From Leidyana gryllorum EB-2025a (lineage: Eukaryota; Protista; Apicomplexa): 64,000 nucleotides of DNA. The notes under the pieces were generated by a model. The model was not told the origin of the DNA. It saw only the letters and a list, made by a program, of their open reading frames with translations, and did no database searches. The stretch lies in contig JBLWGC010000185.1 of assembly GCA_048772705.1 (NCBI GenBank), positions 70,436-134,435 on the forward strand. Direction: 5' to 3'. The translations under genes were made by a program, and so were the position numbers. This document shows positions 32,268 to 44,650 of the stretch, in pieces. The stretch's first letter is position 1, and each line of letters begins with the position of its first letter.

Positions 32268-34040
32268 ATGAAATACCATTACCTTTTCGTTCTGCTCGTT
32301 AACAAGGCCCCAGCAGGAGCCGCCCTCTCTCCGTGGCCCTCAACACCGCCTCCCAGTGATGAATGGTCAACTCCAATACCCGGACCCATAGGACCAGCCG
32401 TCCCAGCCAAACCCAACCAACCACCCACACACGCACCGGACTATCCCAAGATTGTACCCAATGTCCAACGAATATATCAACGCAAACCACCACGCAACGG
32501 ACAGCCTCTCCTCAGCGGTGTCATAGAACCCTATCGGCCCCCCGCACCCCAAACCGACCAATATGACCCCACTGAAATTAATCATAGACCCCAACCGAGC
32601 AGCAATGCCGCCGGCGGGGGCCCCACAACGGCCTCGGGAGCCTTCCGAGTGCCCTCAATGCTCCCAGTCCCGATGGCCCTCCCAAACTTTGGTGCCGCCG
32701 GTGGCCGTCGTCCTGACCCCCAAATGATCGGCAATCAACAACAACCCGCAGCCACCCCCAATTCGCCCCCAAGACCCCCCTCGCATCTGTACAGAGGTGA
32801 CCAACGCCCGGACCACCGCCCGGACGACCAACCTCCCGACTCGTTGTCGCGCCAAAGTACCGCAGACACCTGGCGCAGTTCTGACCATCAATCCTACAAT
32901 GCCGCCGGCGACTCTCGCAATGGACAACGAGACCACTCCGGCGCCACACGCTGGTCGGATGCTCCCACCGGCGCCCAGAACGCTTGGCAGCAGCAGCAAC
33001 AACAACATAACAACTCCCCCCCCTCGCCATATCAACTGGGGACCACAATGCACCCGCCGACTGTTGATCCATATGATCCAAACGGCAACAGAAGTGGACA
33101 ACGGCCTTCAACGGATCCATCTTATGGTCGGTATGGGGAAACTCCTCATAACGGCGGATATCAGAGTCCTCACCCATTCAACCAACAACAACAACAGACT
33201 CCCACCAACCAATACGACAACTGGGGACGCCAACAACAGACTCCCACCAACCAATATGACAACTGGGGACGCCAACAGACTCCATCGCCGTATCAGCAAG
33301 GATCCTACCCCTATCAGAAGCAGCAACAGCAAACCCACTACGGCGGACCAGAGCCGACATACCTTCGTGGAGACTCCCAGTCCCGCACCCACACGGGACC
33401 TCAGAGCTCAATGTGGTCACCACGTGATACAGATGATGCTGATTTCGCACCATATGATGGCCGGGAGAGACCCCCATCCCCCAGAAACGAAAACGATTAC
33501 GGACGAGACCGGACGCGCACAGTGGCAACACCTGATCAGTCGAGCTATTCCTCGTATGGAGGGCTCAACCATCAGACTGACAACAGCCGTTCTCACCAAA
33601 CCTCGCCCAATCGTCACTCAGCTTCGCCCTCAGACTCAATATACCAGACGGCACCCTGGCGCGACTCCGCCGTCTCCAATCCATCAGGACCCAGACACTC
33701 GCTAGGACGCCAGTCTCTCGATGCTGGACAGCACAACAGCAACACTGACCCCGCCTCGAGCTTCTGGTCCGAATTAGCCCGGCCCAGCGGTGAACATCAG
33801 CGCTACGAACCCTCGACACCGAACTTCACCCAGGACGACCCCCGCCGTAGCAATCGGCCTTCTGAATATCTATTCAGGGCACACGCACCCAACGGGCCCC
33901 CACCAATCCCAAGTCGACCCGATGTCATCTCGGAACGTAATAGACCCCGCCAATACTCGAATGTGAACAGTGGTCGCCCCTCCACTTCATCTTCGCGTAC
34001 CGGTGGTTATTCTGGATCCTCCAGAGCATCCAGACACTAA
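32268..34040 (+). CDS. Low-complexity Pro/Gln/Ser/Tyr-rich protein, possibly secreted
   Basis: Long ORF with short hydrophobic N-terminus MKYHYLFVLLV and an internal duplication QQQTPTNQYDNWGR x2. Confidence 0.6.
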   Translation: MKYHYLFVLLVNKAPAGAALSPWPSTPPPSDEWSTPIPGPIGPAVPAKPNQPPTHAPDYPKIVPNVQRIYQRKPPRNGQPLLSGVIEPYRPPAPQTDQYDPTEINHRPQPSSNAAGGGPTTASGAFRVPSMLPVPMALPNFGAAGGRRPDPQMIGNQQQPAATPNSPPRPPSHLYRGDQRPDHRPDDQPPDSLSRQSTADTWRSSDHQSYNAAGDSRNGQRDHSGATRWSDAPTGAQNAWQQQQQQHNNSPPSPYQLGTTMHPPTVDPYDPNGNRSGQRPSTDPSYGRYGETPHNGGYQSPHPFNQQQQQTPTNQYDNWGRQQQTPTNQYDNWGRQQTPSPYQQGSYPYQKQQQQTHYGGPEPTYLRGDSQSRTHTGPQSSMWSPRDTDDADFAPYDGRERPPSPRNENDYGRDRTRTVATPDQSSYSSYGGLNHQTDNSRSHQTSPNRHSASPSDSIYQTAPWRDSAVSNPSGPRHSLGRQSLDAGQHNSNTDPASSFWSELARPSGEHQRYEPSTPNFTQDDPRRSNRPSEYLFRAHAPNGPPPIPSRPDVISERNRPRQYSNVNSGRPSTSSSRTGGYSGSSRASRH

Positions 34041-34110
34041 TGCTCAGATAATAGAAAGAAGGGAAACAGTTCATAAGCAAACCTTAGTGCAAACTATAGT
34101 TCAGACTTGG

Positions 34111-36788
34111 CTATCCGGAAGAAGATGAGATTGTGTAACTGCTTGTGTCGGAATCAAAACTTGACGAACCTTCGGATCGGGATGTCGCATCCGAGTGACT
34201 CCCGCTGTACGAGCCTGAAGAAGAGGAATAGAAAGAGGATGAACCCGAAAGAGAACTGTCAAAAGAGTCGGAAGTGCGCCGTGGGTTCCGCTCATGTCCT
34301 GCTACGTCTGAAACCTCATTGCTGGAGGCCGGAGTGGACGCAAACGCAACAGTTTCTCTCTTGCTCGTCTGAGTATTTGGCTGGCGGTTGTCTGCCACTC
34401 CATCAGCGGCTTTTGGTGCTGCAGGAGGTCCCGCAGGAGCGTTGAATAATGCCGCACCAGGTGGAGGTGGCAAATGATCTGGCCAAATCCTGAACAATCC
34501 AGTGGGATTGTCGCGTTCGAGCGGAGTTCTCCGGCCATCATTCTGCATTGAGGTACTCGCGTCTTGGAGAGCCGTAATGTCTGCGGCATCCGTATAGATC
34601 TCAGGTGCTTGGCACGCCTTGTTGCGTCCAAAGCCTTTGCTCTCCCGTTCCTGGTCGGGAGTCTCAAACTTGGGGAATTGTGCCACGAGGAGCTCGGCCA
34701 AGTACTGTCTAACGCTCGTCCGTTCATCTAACCATCTCAACCCGAAACCTGCCATGTCCAGCTTGGCGCGAATGCCCTCGGCAACTAAACGGAAAGATTC
34801 CGGCATCAGTGGAGGAGAGTTGGAGTACCAATAACAAAGGGCTGCTGGGCTATCCAATGTCATGTGAAGTTGTGCTGACGCTAAGGTATCAGAAAAGCCT
34901 TCCATACTATCGTCCTTTAATATTGGAGTCAAATACTCTTTCTGAATCACGTCTGCACTGTCAATGGTTTTGGCTACCAGATCTTTGGTGCTCTCCTGCG
35001 ATCACATTTGGGTGTCATCGAGCCCACCGACAGTTCTCTACTCACCTCAATTAGCTTTATAAGTTCTACGAACTTGTCTGTGACTTGCTGCATCACTGCT
35101 CGGCTCTCTTCTTGGTGCCGTTTGGCGGAGGCTTCCATTTGCTGTCTGAAATGTGCTATTCCCTGTTTGTATCCCTTGAGTTTTGGCGATAGGTACGTCC
35201 GTATAGTGAATGTGATCCAGCGCATCGCTGGCTCTCCACTGAGAACATCGTGACCAAAGTGACGGCCGCCTTTGACGCAACACCGAGCGCATATGCCGAT
35301 TGACTCGCAAGTCTTGCACCAAAATTGAACGGGTTCGGACAAATGGACCATACATCTGTAATCTATCTTGTCAGCCTTTTCGGATCCCATTTGCCATCTC
35401 TTTGGCATCAGAAGGCCAACTTGACGAAGGTCTTTCAGCGTCATCGTACTCGCCATGTCGGGTTCCTGGCCGTTAGGAGCTTTCAACGGCACTTTCTGCG
35501 AGCCGATGGCTGATGGGGCGGTCCTGGGTGGTGATCCCATCGCCATATGATTTGCAGCTGAGGCCCCGTAGAGGAAGTTGATGTTGCCTGGGCCAGGACC
35601 ACTGGGATAAGGCTCTTGTGGTCCGCCTCCCATGGCAGCACCGCCTCCTGATCTTTTCTGATCTGCGTAGGACATTGCAGTGGAGCCGATGATCTCGGGG
35701 TCACCCATTTCATTTATGCGGACTTGAGCAATTCGATGTTGGAGCCAATCTGAGCTCAAACCGCTTTCCCCATGTACCGCCTCTGTGCAGCAGGGACACA
35801 TGAACTCCTGGCAAGCATAACAAAACTGGAGAGGCTGATTTGATCGAGTTCTGCAAATAGCGCAATACGTCGGAGGCCGGCTGAAGGCGTTGTGAAGCTT
35901 GGATGACATGGGTGTCACACGATTGTATCGAACGAAACCAGGAATATTATTGGCATTCGCTGGGTTGAGAGGCCGTGCGTTGGGCGGCAAAGGGGGGCAT
36001 CCAGTCAGTGCTGATCTCAACTGCGGGGTCAGCCGCATCACTTTCCCGCAAATAGGGCAAGCAATAACACCTGTGCGGAACATTGTCAGGTCTCCCAAGG
36101 CAAAAGTCTTGGCAGAGCAGCTCAGGCATAGCCCATGGCCACAAGGGAGAGTTGCGTAGCTGTCACAAGGACGCGTGCAAACATTGCATTTCACACCTTT
36201 GTGAGGAGGCTTTGGGGGCCAAGGGTTAAGGGCTGCCCCTTCACTCAGCGAGGAGGGCATTGCTGAGGTATCTGCAGCCTGACTCGTTGGCAGTTGAGAC
36301 GTTGGCTGTGAGGATGCTGGCATGGAAGAAGGTTCCCCACTTGGTGGAACGGAGGATGTCTGAGGTTCCGACTGTTCTGTTGTCGTCTGCGGTGCTGATG
36401 AGCCTTCCCGGATGACTTTCTTCTGAATTTCATCAGAGTCTGAGGACGAGCTCCTGGATTTGTTGCCCTTCTTTCGCTGGCTCGGAAATGCTGAGATTTC
36501 GATGCTCGACTCGGACGTTGGTGTAGATGATGATGATGAACTAGAGCTGAGAGACGCAGATCGTGTTGGGAGTCGCGGTTTGGAGGTCGTCAGGGGGCGT
36601 GCAGACCTCGCGGCCCGTACAACGGATCTCGAGACAGTGCCAAAGCGGCTGCGTTGGAGGGACGCGCGATTCTTCCTGGGGGGTTGTGGAGGGCCATATG
36701 ACACGTTTCTGGGTGGTTTCTGCTCATCATTGTGAATAGGCTTAGGTCCATTGTCCACACTGGAATTCGTGTCTATCAGGGTTGACAT
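34111..36788 (-). CDS. RING + two B-box + coiled-coil (RBCC/TRIM-like) protein
   Basis: C3HC4 RING (CNVC...LPCGHGLCLSC...CPIC), B-box (CAIC...FCYACQEFMCPCCTEAVH...H), B-box (CMVH...FWCKTC...ICARC...HFGHDV), then a helical region. One intron near 34996-35045. Confidence 0.85.
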
Positions 36789-38549
36789 TCCAGCGCCACA
36801 AGCAAATTGTCAATCACTTTGCGTTCGTCAAAACCGAAATACGCCAAGGCATCCAATATGGCGCCTGCACAGCGGTACTTGGAGAAACAAATCTGCAGGA
36901 GGGATTTCAATTGAGCGAAGCACACACGTGTGTCGTCGGTTACATTTTGAGTTGGCTTTTGTGCACTTCGAGCCAAAAGGAATCGGCTCGTTTGACTATG
37001 GATGTTGTCGGGCACGTTTTCGTCCTGAACACCGGTCAGAGCTTTCACAAAGTCATCCTGCGCGTTGCCGACACAGCAGCCATTCGCACCGGGAATTGTG
37101 AACATATCCATATCATTTCCCGAATCACCGCAAGCCATGACCTGACAAGGGTGTGAAGGGGCTTGCAAGCTCTGGATCGTACCTGTTTCGGCTCAGCACC
37201 ATAAAGGTTTGCCAGGAACTCAATTGAAGTCCGTTTGCCTCCAGAGGGGGGAAGAACATCCAGGTATCTGTAGAAATAGCAAATTCAGTTGCAAGGGAAC
37301 CGTTTTTCCTTCTCCGCTCACTTCCACTCGCCAGGACCTGACATCAGGATGTGGTACTTCTCCAAAGACTTGGAAAGGAACTGACAACCGCGTAAAATCT
37401 GTGGCTATGGGAGGCTTTACCTCCAATGAAGCCTCAATGGTAGGTTTGAGGGTCACGAGATCATTGATATTCACTGAAACCGAGACCCGATAGGGGTCAT
37501 GCCAGACCGAGCCATTGATAAAAGCGTCTGGCAAGATTGTCTGAGAGATTAGATTGGTCAGATCGAACTTTCAAGGAGCGGTCGCTCACAACCCACCCGG
37601 ATGATTTCCTCAGCTTCCAATCGGTCGATTTCTGCTTCCATTTTGTGTCGCCAGACGCCGTGGAGGCGAGCGTGATACCTGGTGGGACACCAGGAGGGTC
37701 CCTCCAAGTCAGCATCTTGAATAGTTTCATCAAAATTCTCCTCCTTGTATCCAGGAGCGGCTAAATATCGTTTTCTATCGATTGAGGGGATGTGTGAGTG
37801 GTCGGGCGATGGGTCGGTGTCGACGGGGAAGGTATATATCTCAGTGCCAACGCCACAGATGGCATAATCTGGACGAAGAAGGTTGTTGGCCTTGGCGCCC
37901 TTGAGGAAGTCCTTGAGGTTGCGACCCGTAGAATAGATCTGAATGACCGCTGATCCCTGGGTGGAGGCGTCCGAACTCACCAGCGAAGAGCCTCTAAACT
38001 TGTGATGACGCATCCAATGATCGTTAAATCGTCTGAGCGCTTCGTCATCCCCGAGTAGGGTGCCGTCCAGATCGGTGACCAGCATCATTTTGGGGCCTGC
38101 GAGTCACGAGGAAGTGAGACTCAGTCGATCAGAGGACGGGTATTTGAAATCGGTGCCCTTTTGGACCCGATACTGACCTTTGACTGCGGTGAGTTTACCA
38201 CCACAGAGTGTATAGATGTGCGGTTCAGAGTGATCGGTGGTGATAGAGTGAGGAAGTGAGATGACATAGTTCTTAGTGCCAAAGTCCGCAGGAGGATTGT
38301 CCCACTGAGACTTTGTGAAGTTACACATGACAAATTCAAGAGTCGAGTGGACATCAGAGATAACAGTGCTTTGCCATCGTGGCTCTCCAAGTGAGGTGCA
38401 TTTCTACGATAGATAACAAATACCACATCATCAACGGAAACATCACTAACTTGTAATATACTGTCCTCCCATTGGCCGTCCTGCCGTTTGGTGTAATGTA
38501 TCACGGCCGGGTCCCACGCCGACCGATAGAAGATGACTACTGAGGGCAT
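36776..38549 (-). CDS. Sucrose-phosphatase-like HAD-IIB hydrolase with N-terminal carbohydrate-binding module, multi-exon
   Basis: HAD motifs MLVTDLDGTL, YSTGR, PDYAICGVGTEIY and ACGDSGND...VGNA. The N-terminus AWDPAVIHY...W...SQWDNP...NYVI resembles starch-binding CBMs. Confidence 0.8.
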
Positions 38550-38672
38550 CGGAGCGCTGCGGGGGCTGATAGAGGAAGGGTGACAGGTGGAAAAGACAGA
38601 ACGCGAACAGCCTGAAATCGATGGTTTGGGGAGTTTTTTTTCGCAGCCCAGGCGGTGTGAAGCGGAGCGAAT

Positions 38673-39016
38673 ATGGCACGTGACTTAGCAAGACCAAGCC
38701 AGGCGAGCGAACTCCGCAAGCACAAGTTCAAGCGCCTCGTTCCCGTAAGCATCGATTCCGTCCGTCCACCCCTACATATCACTATCACAGACTCCGAACT
38801 CCTTTTTCATGGATGTTCGCTGCAATGGCTGTTTCACCATAACGACCGTCTACTCTCATGCCCAAACTGTCGTAGTGTGCAAGGAGTGAGTCTCAGCTTC
38901 GTGCACGTTCTCTGTCGTCATTTTCCGTTTACTATCGCAGTTGCTCGACTATCCTGTGTCGCCCAGGTGGAGGCAAGGCCCGCCTCTCTGAAGGATGCCA
39001 CTTCCGCAAGAAGTGA
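38673..39016 (+). CDS. RPS27: 40S ribosomal protein S27 (eS27), 3 exons
   Basis: [10 protein letters not shown]|[31 protein letters not shown].|[24 protein letters not shown]. Confidence 0.96.
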
Positions 39017-39320
39017 ATGTACTCTCTGCTTGCTGCTTAGGCTCCGCCCGCTGCTGCACACCACACAAACCTAAACCAACAAAACCAGTTATCGGCATCA
39101 ATCTACGCAAAATTAGGCCCAACACGCTACTTGCTACCCTCCAATCACCTCACGCAGACACAATGTATGCAGCATGGCCAGTCTGCGCCACAAACTCGTC
39201 CCCTCAACCCCCCCACTGTGACTATCGCTATCATCACGCACTTCTCACGGTAGAAAAAATTATTCAGGGGTCGCTTTTAGAGTCGGCCTGAAACAAAGGT
39301 CAGAAAGAAGAATACAAACA

Positions 39321-40239
39321 ATGGACGTACCACCCGATGTTGGCCAAATGGCGAGCGATCCTCAGATGGACATGCGCCTTATACCGCAACCTGGCCAGCC
39401 AGGAGCTCCCCAAGGGCCTCCGGGCGCTCCAGGAGCCATGGGCATGATGCCACCCGATGGAATGATCATGACACAGTCGGGTGCTCCCGGCATGGCACCT
39501 TATTATGTCGCCCCTCCTCATATGCAACACCCCCAATATCTCCCTCAACAAGGTATGGCACAACCCAGCCATGCAGGCGGAGGCAAGGCGAGACTTCAGT
39601 GCCACGCCTGTTCCAAACTACTCGAATATGATGCTGGAGCTCAATACGTCCAGGTAGGTATCGTTGAGTTGAGAGGTTCATCGATCTTTTCGCAGTGCTT
39701 CTCCTGCAGTACCATGAATTCTGTTCAGCAAAAGTCTCAAGTTGGCGGCAGAGTAAGTCTCGGAGCTGTTATTTCCTATCTATAGCTCTTCCTTCTCACA
39801 GGTCCTGAGTATGCTGTGCGCCATGTGCAATACCACCAACTTAGCACCGTATGGAGTTAACTATGTGCGCTGTGGAACCTGTCACACCATCTCACAAGTA
39901 AGTTGAAAAGTTGCTGTTCGGAGAGAAACCGACTCTGCGCAGGTGTCTCATGCCTATCGAGTGGAGCTGCAACCCCAATCGGGTCCCACCGGCCAGCCCA
40001 TGCCTCAAGCACCGCAAAGATACCCATATGCGACTCCTGACCAAATGCAGCAAGCCGCAATGATGCAGCAGATGGCTGGTGCCCAGCACCCTGGAGCGGG
40101 ACAGCATCCTCAGCAAGGTGGCAATCTCGTTGATAAAGGAATGGGAGCACCTGATGTCCCACCCACTCCTCCCATTGAAGCCGGTGGAGATGGCAAGTCC
40201 AACGTAAACGATCATGCCAACGGGTACGGACAGCAGTAA
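39321..40239 (+). CDS. LSD1-type zinc finger protein with Pro/Gln/Met-rich flanks, multi-exon
   Basis: CHACSKLLEYDAGAQYVQ|CFSCSTMN and CAMCNTTNLAPYGVNYVRCGTCHTIS. Confidence 0.8.
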
Positions 40240-40251
40240 GAGTCCAGCGTC

Positions 40252-40759
40252 CTACGCCATCAGCTTGGAGGCTGCGGAGAGAGCGCTGGCCGCCACGGGA
40301 TTGGGTACCATAGAAATGAGGGGCAACACAGCCGCCTGCACCACATCCCTGTGAAATGACGTTTTATCCGCTTTGTGCCTCTCTACTAGACGCTCATCAC
40401 ACTAACCTAATACGATTCTTGTGCGTTTGAAGCAAACGTTGAAGTTGGTTCACATATTCTTCATCATCTGCCAGCTGCACAGCTAACTCCAATTTCAGTA
40501 ATGAATCTGGTGAGCAACAACAAAAGTTGCCAATCGCAGCTATAGACTTGCCTAACGTTGCTAGGGTATCTTCGACCGCTTCCTGCGGTGTGTGCAAACG
40601 TAGCCTGAAGTTGGGTTGTCCTACGAATAGGTTTTAGATTGTGAGCTGAATGAGCGACGTACCAATCAGAGCGGACTGAACTGTCCCCACCGTGTCAGGA
40701 CTTTGCTGCACGGCATAGGAAGACAACAAGGACCCAAAAATGAGGAAATAGGGTATCAT
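40252..40759 (-). CDS. Small secreted hypothetical protein, 3 exons
   Basis: MIPYFLIFGSLLSSYA signal-like start splices in frame into ORF 40397-40597 and a final exon ...SKLMA*. Confidence 0.6.
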
Positions 40760-40801
40760 CGCACGTGTGTGTCAGGCGATGATGAACAGGTGAAAATGCG
40801 T

Positions 40802-43800
40802 TTAATCGTCACAGCTGAGATGTCCAGTAGATTTCGTAAGTGGATTGACATGTATAACATCGGTATGCCGTCTTGAGCGGCCATCGGAGCCAGCAGTGGT
40901 GTAAGCTCTGGTTCGATGGCCATGTATCTGTCTTGGGCTGGATGAAGAGCTGAGCCGGTGCATGGGTCGAGTCACAGGGAGTTGGTTGGGGGACCTAGCG
41001 GGGGAAGAGCGCAAACTCGATATATCCGAGGGTGTTCCGGGCCAGACTTGAAGAGGTAGCGATGGTGGGGGCGCGGGACTCAAGCAGTAGTCACGTTCAC
41101 TGGCCTGATATGATAGGCGAATAGGTGATGGTGGAGACGGAGCCGTTTGATCATGTGACACGCGCTTGACGGGTTCCGGTAGTGCGGCCAGAACGCGTTC
41201 AAGTAACAGTGGGAGCGGCTCTTTTGGCTCCTCTTTGACAGGCTTTGGGTATTGATCAAACGCAATGCTTTGAACGGCTGTCAGCTTGGTGTTGAGATCC
41301 CGAACGCTTCGGCTTCGAGTGGCCAGTATCCACAGCCGGTCGGCAATGTCAATGGTGGGTAATTTTTCCATTAAGATCTCAGTAGGAACTGCGAGCTTTG
41401 TACCTGCGCGATTCAAAGCCGACCATCGATACCGATTATAACACAATCGAGTCATGATTTCATTGCTGTGGAGATTGCATGATGAGTTAGACGTCCGCCG
41501 CTTCCAGCTCACTTGTAATTTCCATGTTGGTCCAACGTCGACAACTCTTCAGCTAGCGGCTGCAGGCAGAGAGTGATGAGAAGTTGAGGGGACGTTTCTG
41601 GTCGCTTCCCGGACTCACTGTCACAACGTATTCCAAAAATCCCGCCTGGGACTTGGCGAATTTAGCGTGTTCCCACACATTACACATCGGCGATTGTGGA
41701 AGGCCAAGATGCTCTTCGTCCAGGCCTTGCTGGTAAAACTCCGAGACAACTCGGTAAGACCAAAGCTGGTGCTCCCGCCACGCAATAATTCCATGTGACA
41801 AGTCGGCAAGCTTCACCGTCATTCGCAGGATCATTCTGTATCAAAGATAGATCGATCGCGATCGTGTGTGTGTGTGTGTGCGGGGGTGTATATGTGTGTG
41901 TTCAATGATCTGCTCACCTGATGTCCGCCTGATTGTTTTTGTAATCAAAATCTTCAGCGTTTCGGCGAACTCTGAACTTAGAGATTGCTGAAAAGTGGCA
42001 CGACATGTCGGTGTCGAGAATTGCTAGAATAATTAGCTCCCTCATGCTATGATACTGCGGGTTCGTGAGGTTCTGAAATATATTGACCTCTGACGAAATC
42101 AATGCGAACCGAAAACAAAGGTAGGCATGATAACGCTCCAGCACCGCCTTCTCTCCGTACACCGTCGACTGCCCAGCCAGAAACGTTAATCATCCGCTTC
42201 CACCATACACGGCTTACGATGACGGAGCGACAGTTGACTTGAAAGGCGTTATTACGCCCCGGGTGACCTACATCGTGCGCAAGACAGCCCAGCGTGCACG
42301 CGGCCATGTCCAGACCATCGAGCTGTGGTTGGGACACAGATCCACCGCTGCCACAACACAGTCAAACACCACACATAACCACAAAACTTACTCTCCCCAA
42401 CACCCCAACAAGCCCACAATCACCGTAAACATATGAGCGACCATGGCTCCATGGACAGCCGAGTGATACGGATTGGGAAAGTAACGAGCGTTCACTTGGC
42501 ACAAGTATCTCCGAAGAGTTACCTCGGGAACCCCCAGTGTTTCAAGATATGGTGTTAGGAGAGCGCAACCGACCTCAACCAGAATTTTATCGTAACGTGT
42601 GGCCAACTCAAGCATCGGCAAAGAGGGATCGCGACCCACCGCGACGAGATCTTCCCCATTCTAATAACTCGATGTGAGGGCTCACACACTTTACACACAC
42701 GCCATCCACACACTGTACACGCACACAATATATGGCATACCATTGTGGGCGAGTAAAGCCTTTCTTCTGTCCAAAAGGCAGGTTGCGTCTCTCGCTCCGG
42801 TGTAGTGAGGTCCTCTCCTGTACAGCGGTTGGTTTGAAGCTCAAGGGTTCCAAGACCTTTTCCGGCGAGTAGCTGCACGTATCGCATTTCCATCTGGGTA
42901 TCGAGGTCATCCGTCACGCAGTCGGTATCCCCAACTCGTCCGAAGGTGTCGGCGCTGAGAAGAGCCTCATTACAGTAGCGTAAGATTTCGTCGGCTTCGA
43001 GAATCTGGGGGTCGCCAGTGCGCTGACGCTCAAAAGCAGCTCTCTGCAACGAAAGCTGGGCTCTCTTAAGCCTATATATGAGCGTCTCAATCAAGGTTTC
43101 GCCGCGTGCTTTACGGCGGTTGAGATGACGAAGCTTAAGACGCTCCACACGAATACGATCGGCCTGCGAGGCCAAAAATGTTAGGCGCTCGCTCTTTTCT
43201 GTCTGCCCGCGGCCGAGGTAGGCAAAGGCTATGATACACACATTGAAGAAGACCTGGATCCATCTGCCATCAATGATCGGATAGTAGTGACACTGACACA
43301 CTGACACCCACATACACACACACACACACACACTCAGACACTTTCAGATATGTTCAGTGCAGATCACACTGAATAGCCGTGTCGCGCGACGGTCAAACAT
43401 TGCTTTATGCTCCATTAAGGTGAGTCTACCAGAGGGCAGAAGACAAGACGTCACGGCACGTCACATCACTTTCGCATGTGGGAGTCGGCTTACTCTAGAG
43501 CGACTTCCAGGCCAGTCGATACACCATGGCGTGAACTGTAGATCAGCTCAAATGCAAAAGCCGCTGACATCCCCATTAACAGCACGTGCGGAATTAACGA
43601 CAGCCGTGTCCTGCAGAGGACGTGGAAGTGGGTTGACAAGGGTGTGACACCAAGTGTGCCACACAGTGTGTGGCACAAGGGGGAGTCACACACCGCCACA
43701 TCGCCACACACTGCCCTTTACTTGTTGGGGGGGCGAGTGTGTGAGTGTGTTTCCATCCACATTGGTTAGTGGTGCGCACCTGGTGGCCAGAATTTGATCA

Positions 43801-44526
43801 TAGACGAGGGCATACACGAGAACAAGAAGGAGCATGACGCTATCAATGTAGTGACGGACGACCTTATTATCATCCTCCTCGATTCCATGATGGAGGACGT
43901 TTTCGCCGTGGCTAGTTTGTAGGAGGAGACTGAAAAACCATGCAACCCAACCCGTCAGTAGGGGGAGAAGAGACGCGTATGCCCAGCTCTCCGGCCCAAG
44001 TCCACACAAATCGTGTGAAGCCGTCAGGAGATTGATGAGTATCGCACAAACGCCAACTGCTCCAATAACGTGGAGAGTAGCCTCGGCCCAGACGAGTGCT
44101 GAGTCTCGGATCAGCAGCCCAAAAACCAGCCAAGCCGAGAGCTGAGAAGCGAAGAGTGCCGAAACACCAATTGGGGCGCGGAAGGGATAGGTACTGGCGA
44201 GATGCTTGGCAAAACCACGTTCCGTCACCAAGTCATCGAACCTGGAAAGATTAGTCAGTCAGTCAGTGGTGTGCTCGAAGGCCTCACTGTAGTAAGCAGG
44301 TCCGCTTCTTGAAGGGCTGGACGAGTTGCGCCAAGTCATCGCGGGATCCACCATCGTTGGGAACCAGTCTGGGGAGTTGGGTGTTGGAGGGAACGCGAGG
44401 GCCTTCGGGTGTGCTGGAGTCTGCCGAGAGATTCCGCAGCAGCAGCAGACTGGAGTGGGGTAATGTCTGGACACTGGGGGAGAAACGGAGGGCGACGTTG
44501 GGGCCTTCTTCTAACTCAGCGCTCAT
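40802..44526 (-). CDS. Membrane-anchored class I cyclic nucleotide phosphodiesterase (copy 1), multi-exon
   Basis: N-terminal TM segments, then PYHSAVHGAMVAH, AHDVGHPGRNNAF, LERYH, TDMSCHF, KLADLSH, EFYQQG and KSQAGF. Confidence 0.9.
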
Positions 44527-44650
44527 TATCGTATCATTCGGCTAAACAACGAACATATACATTGAACGTATACACTTCCCCCTCGCTCGCTCGCTCGCTG
44601 TAACCGACCTCCAAAATCTCGACATCAGACACAGGGGGCTGGCTGGCTGG

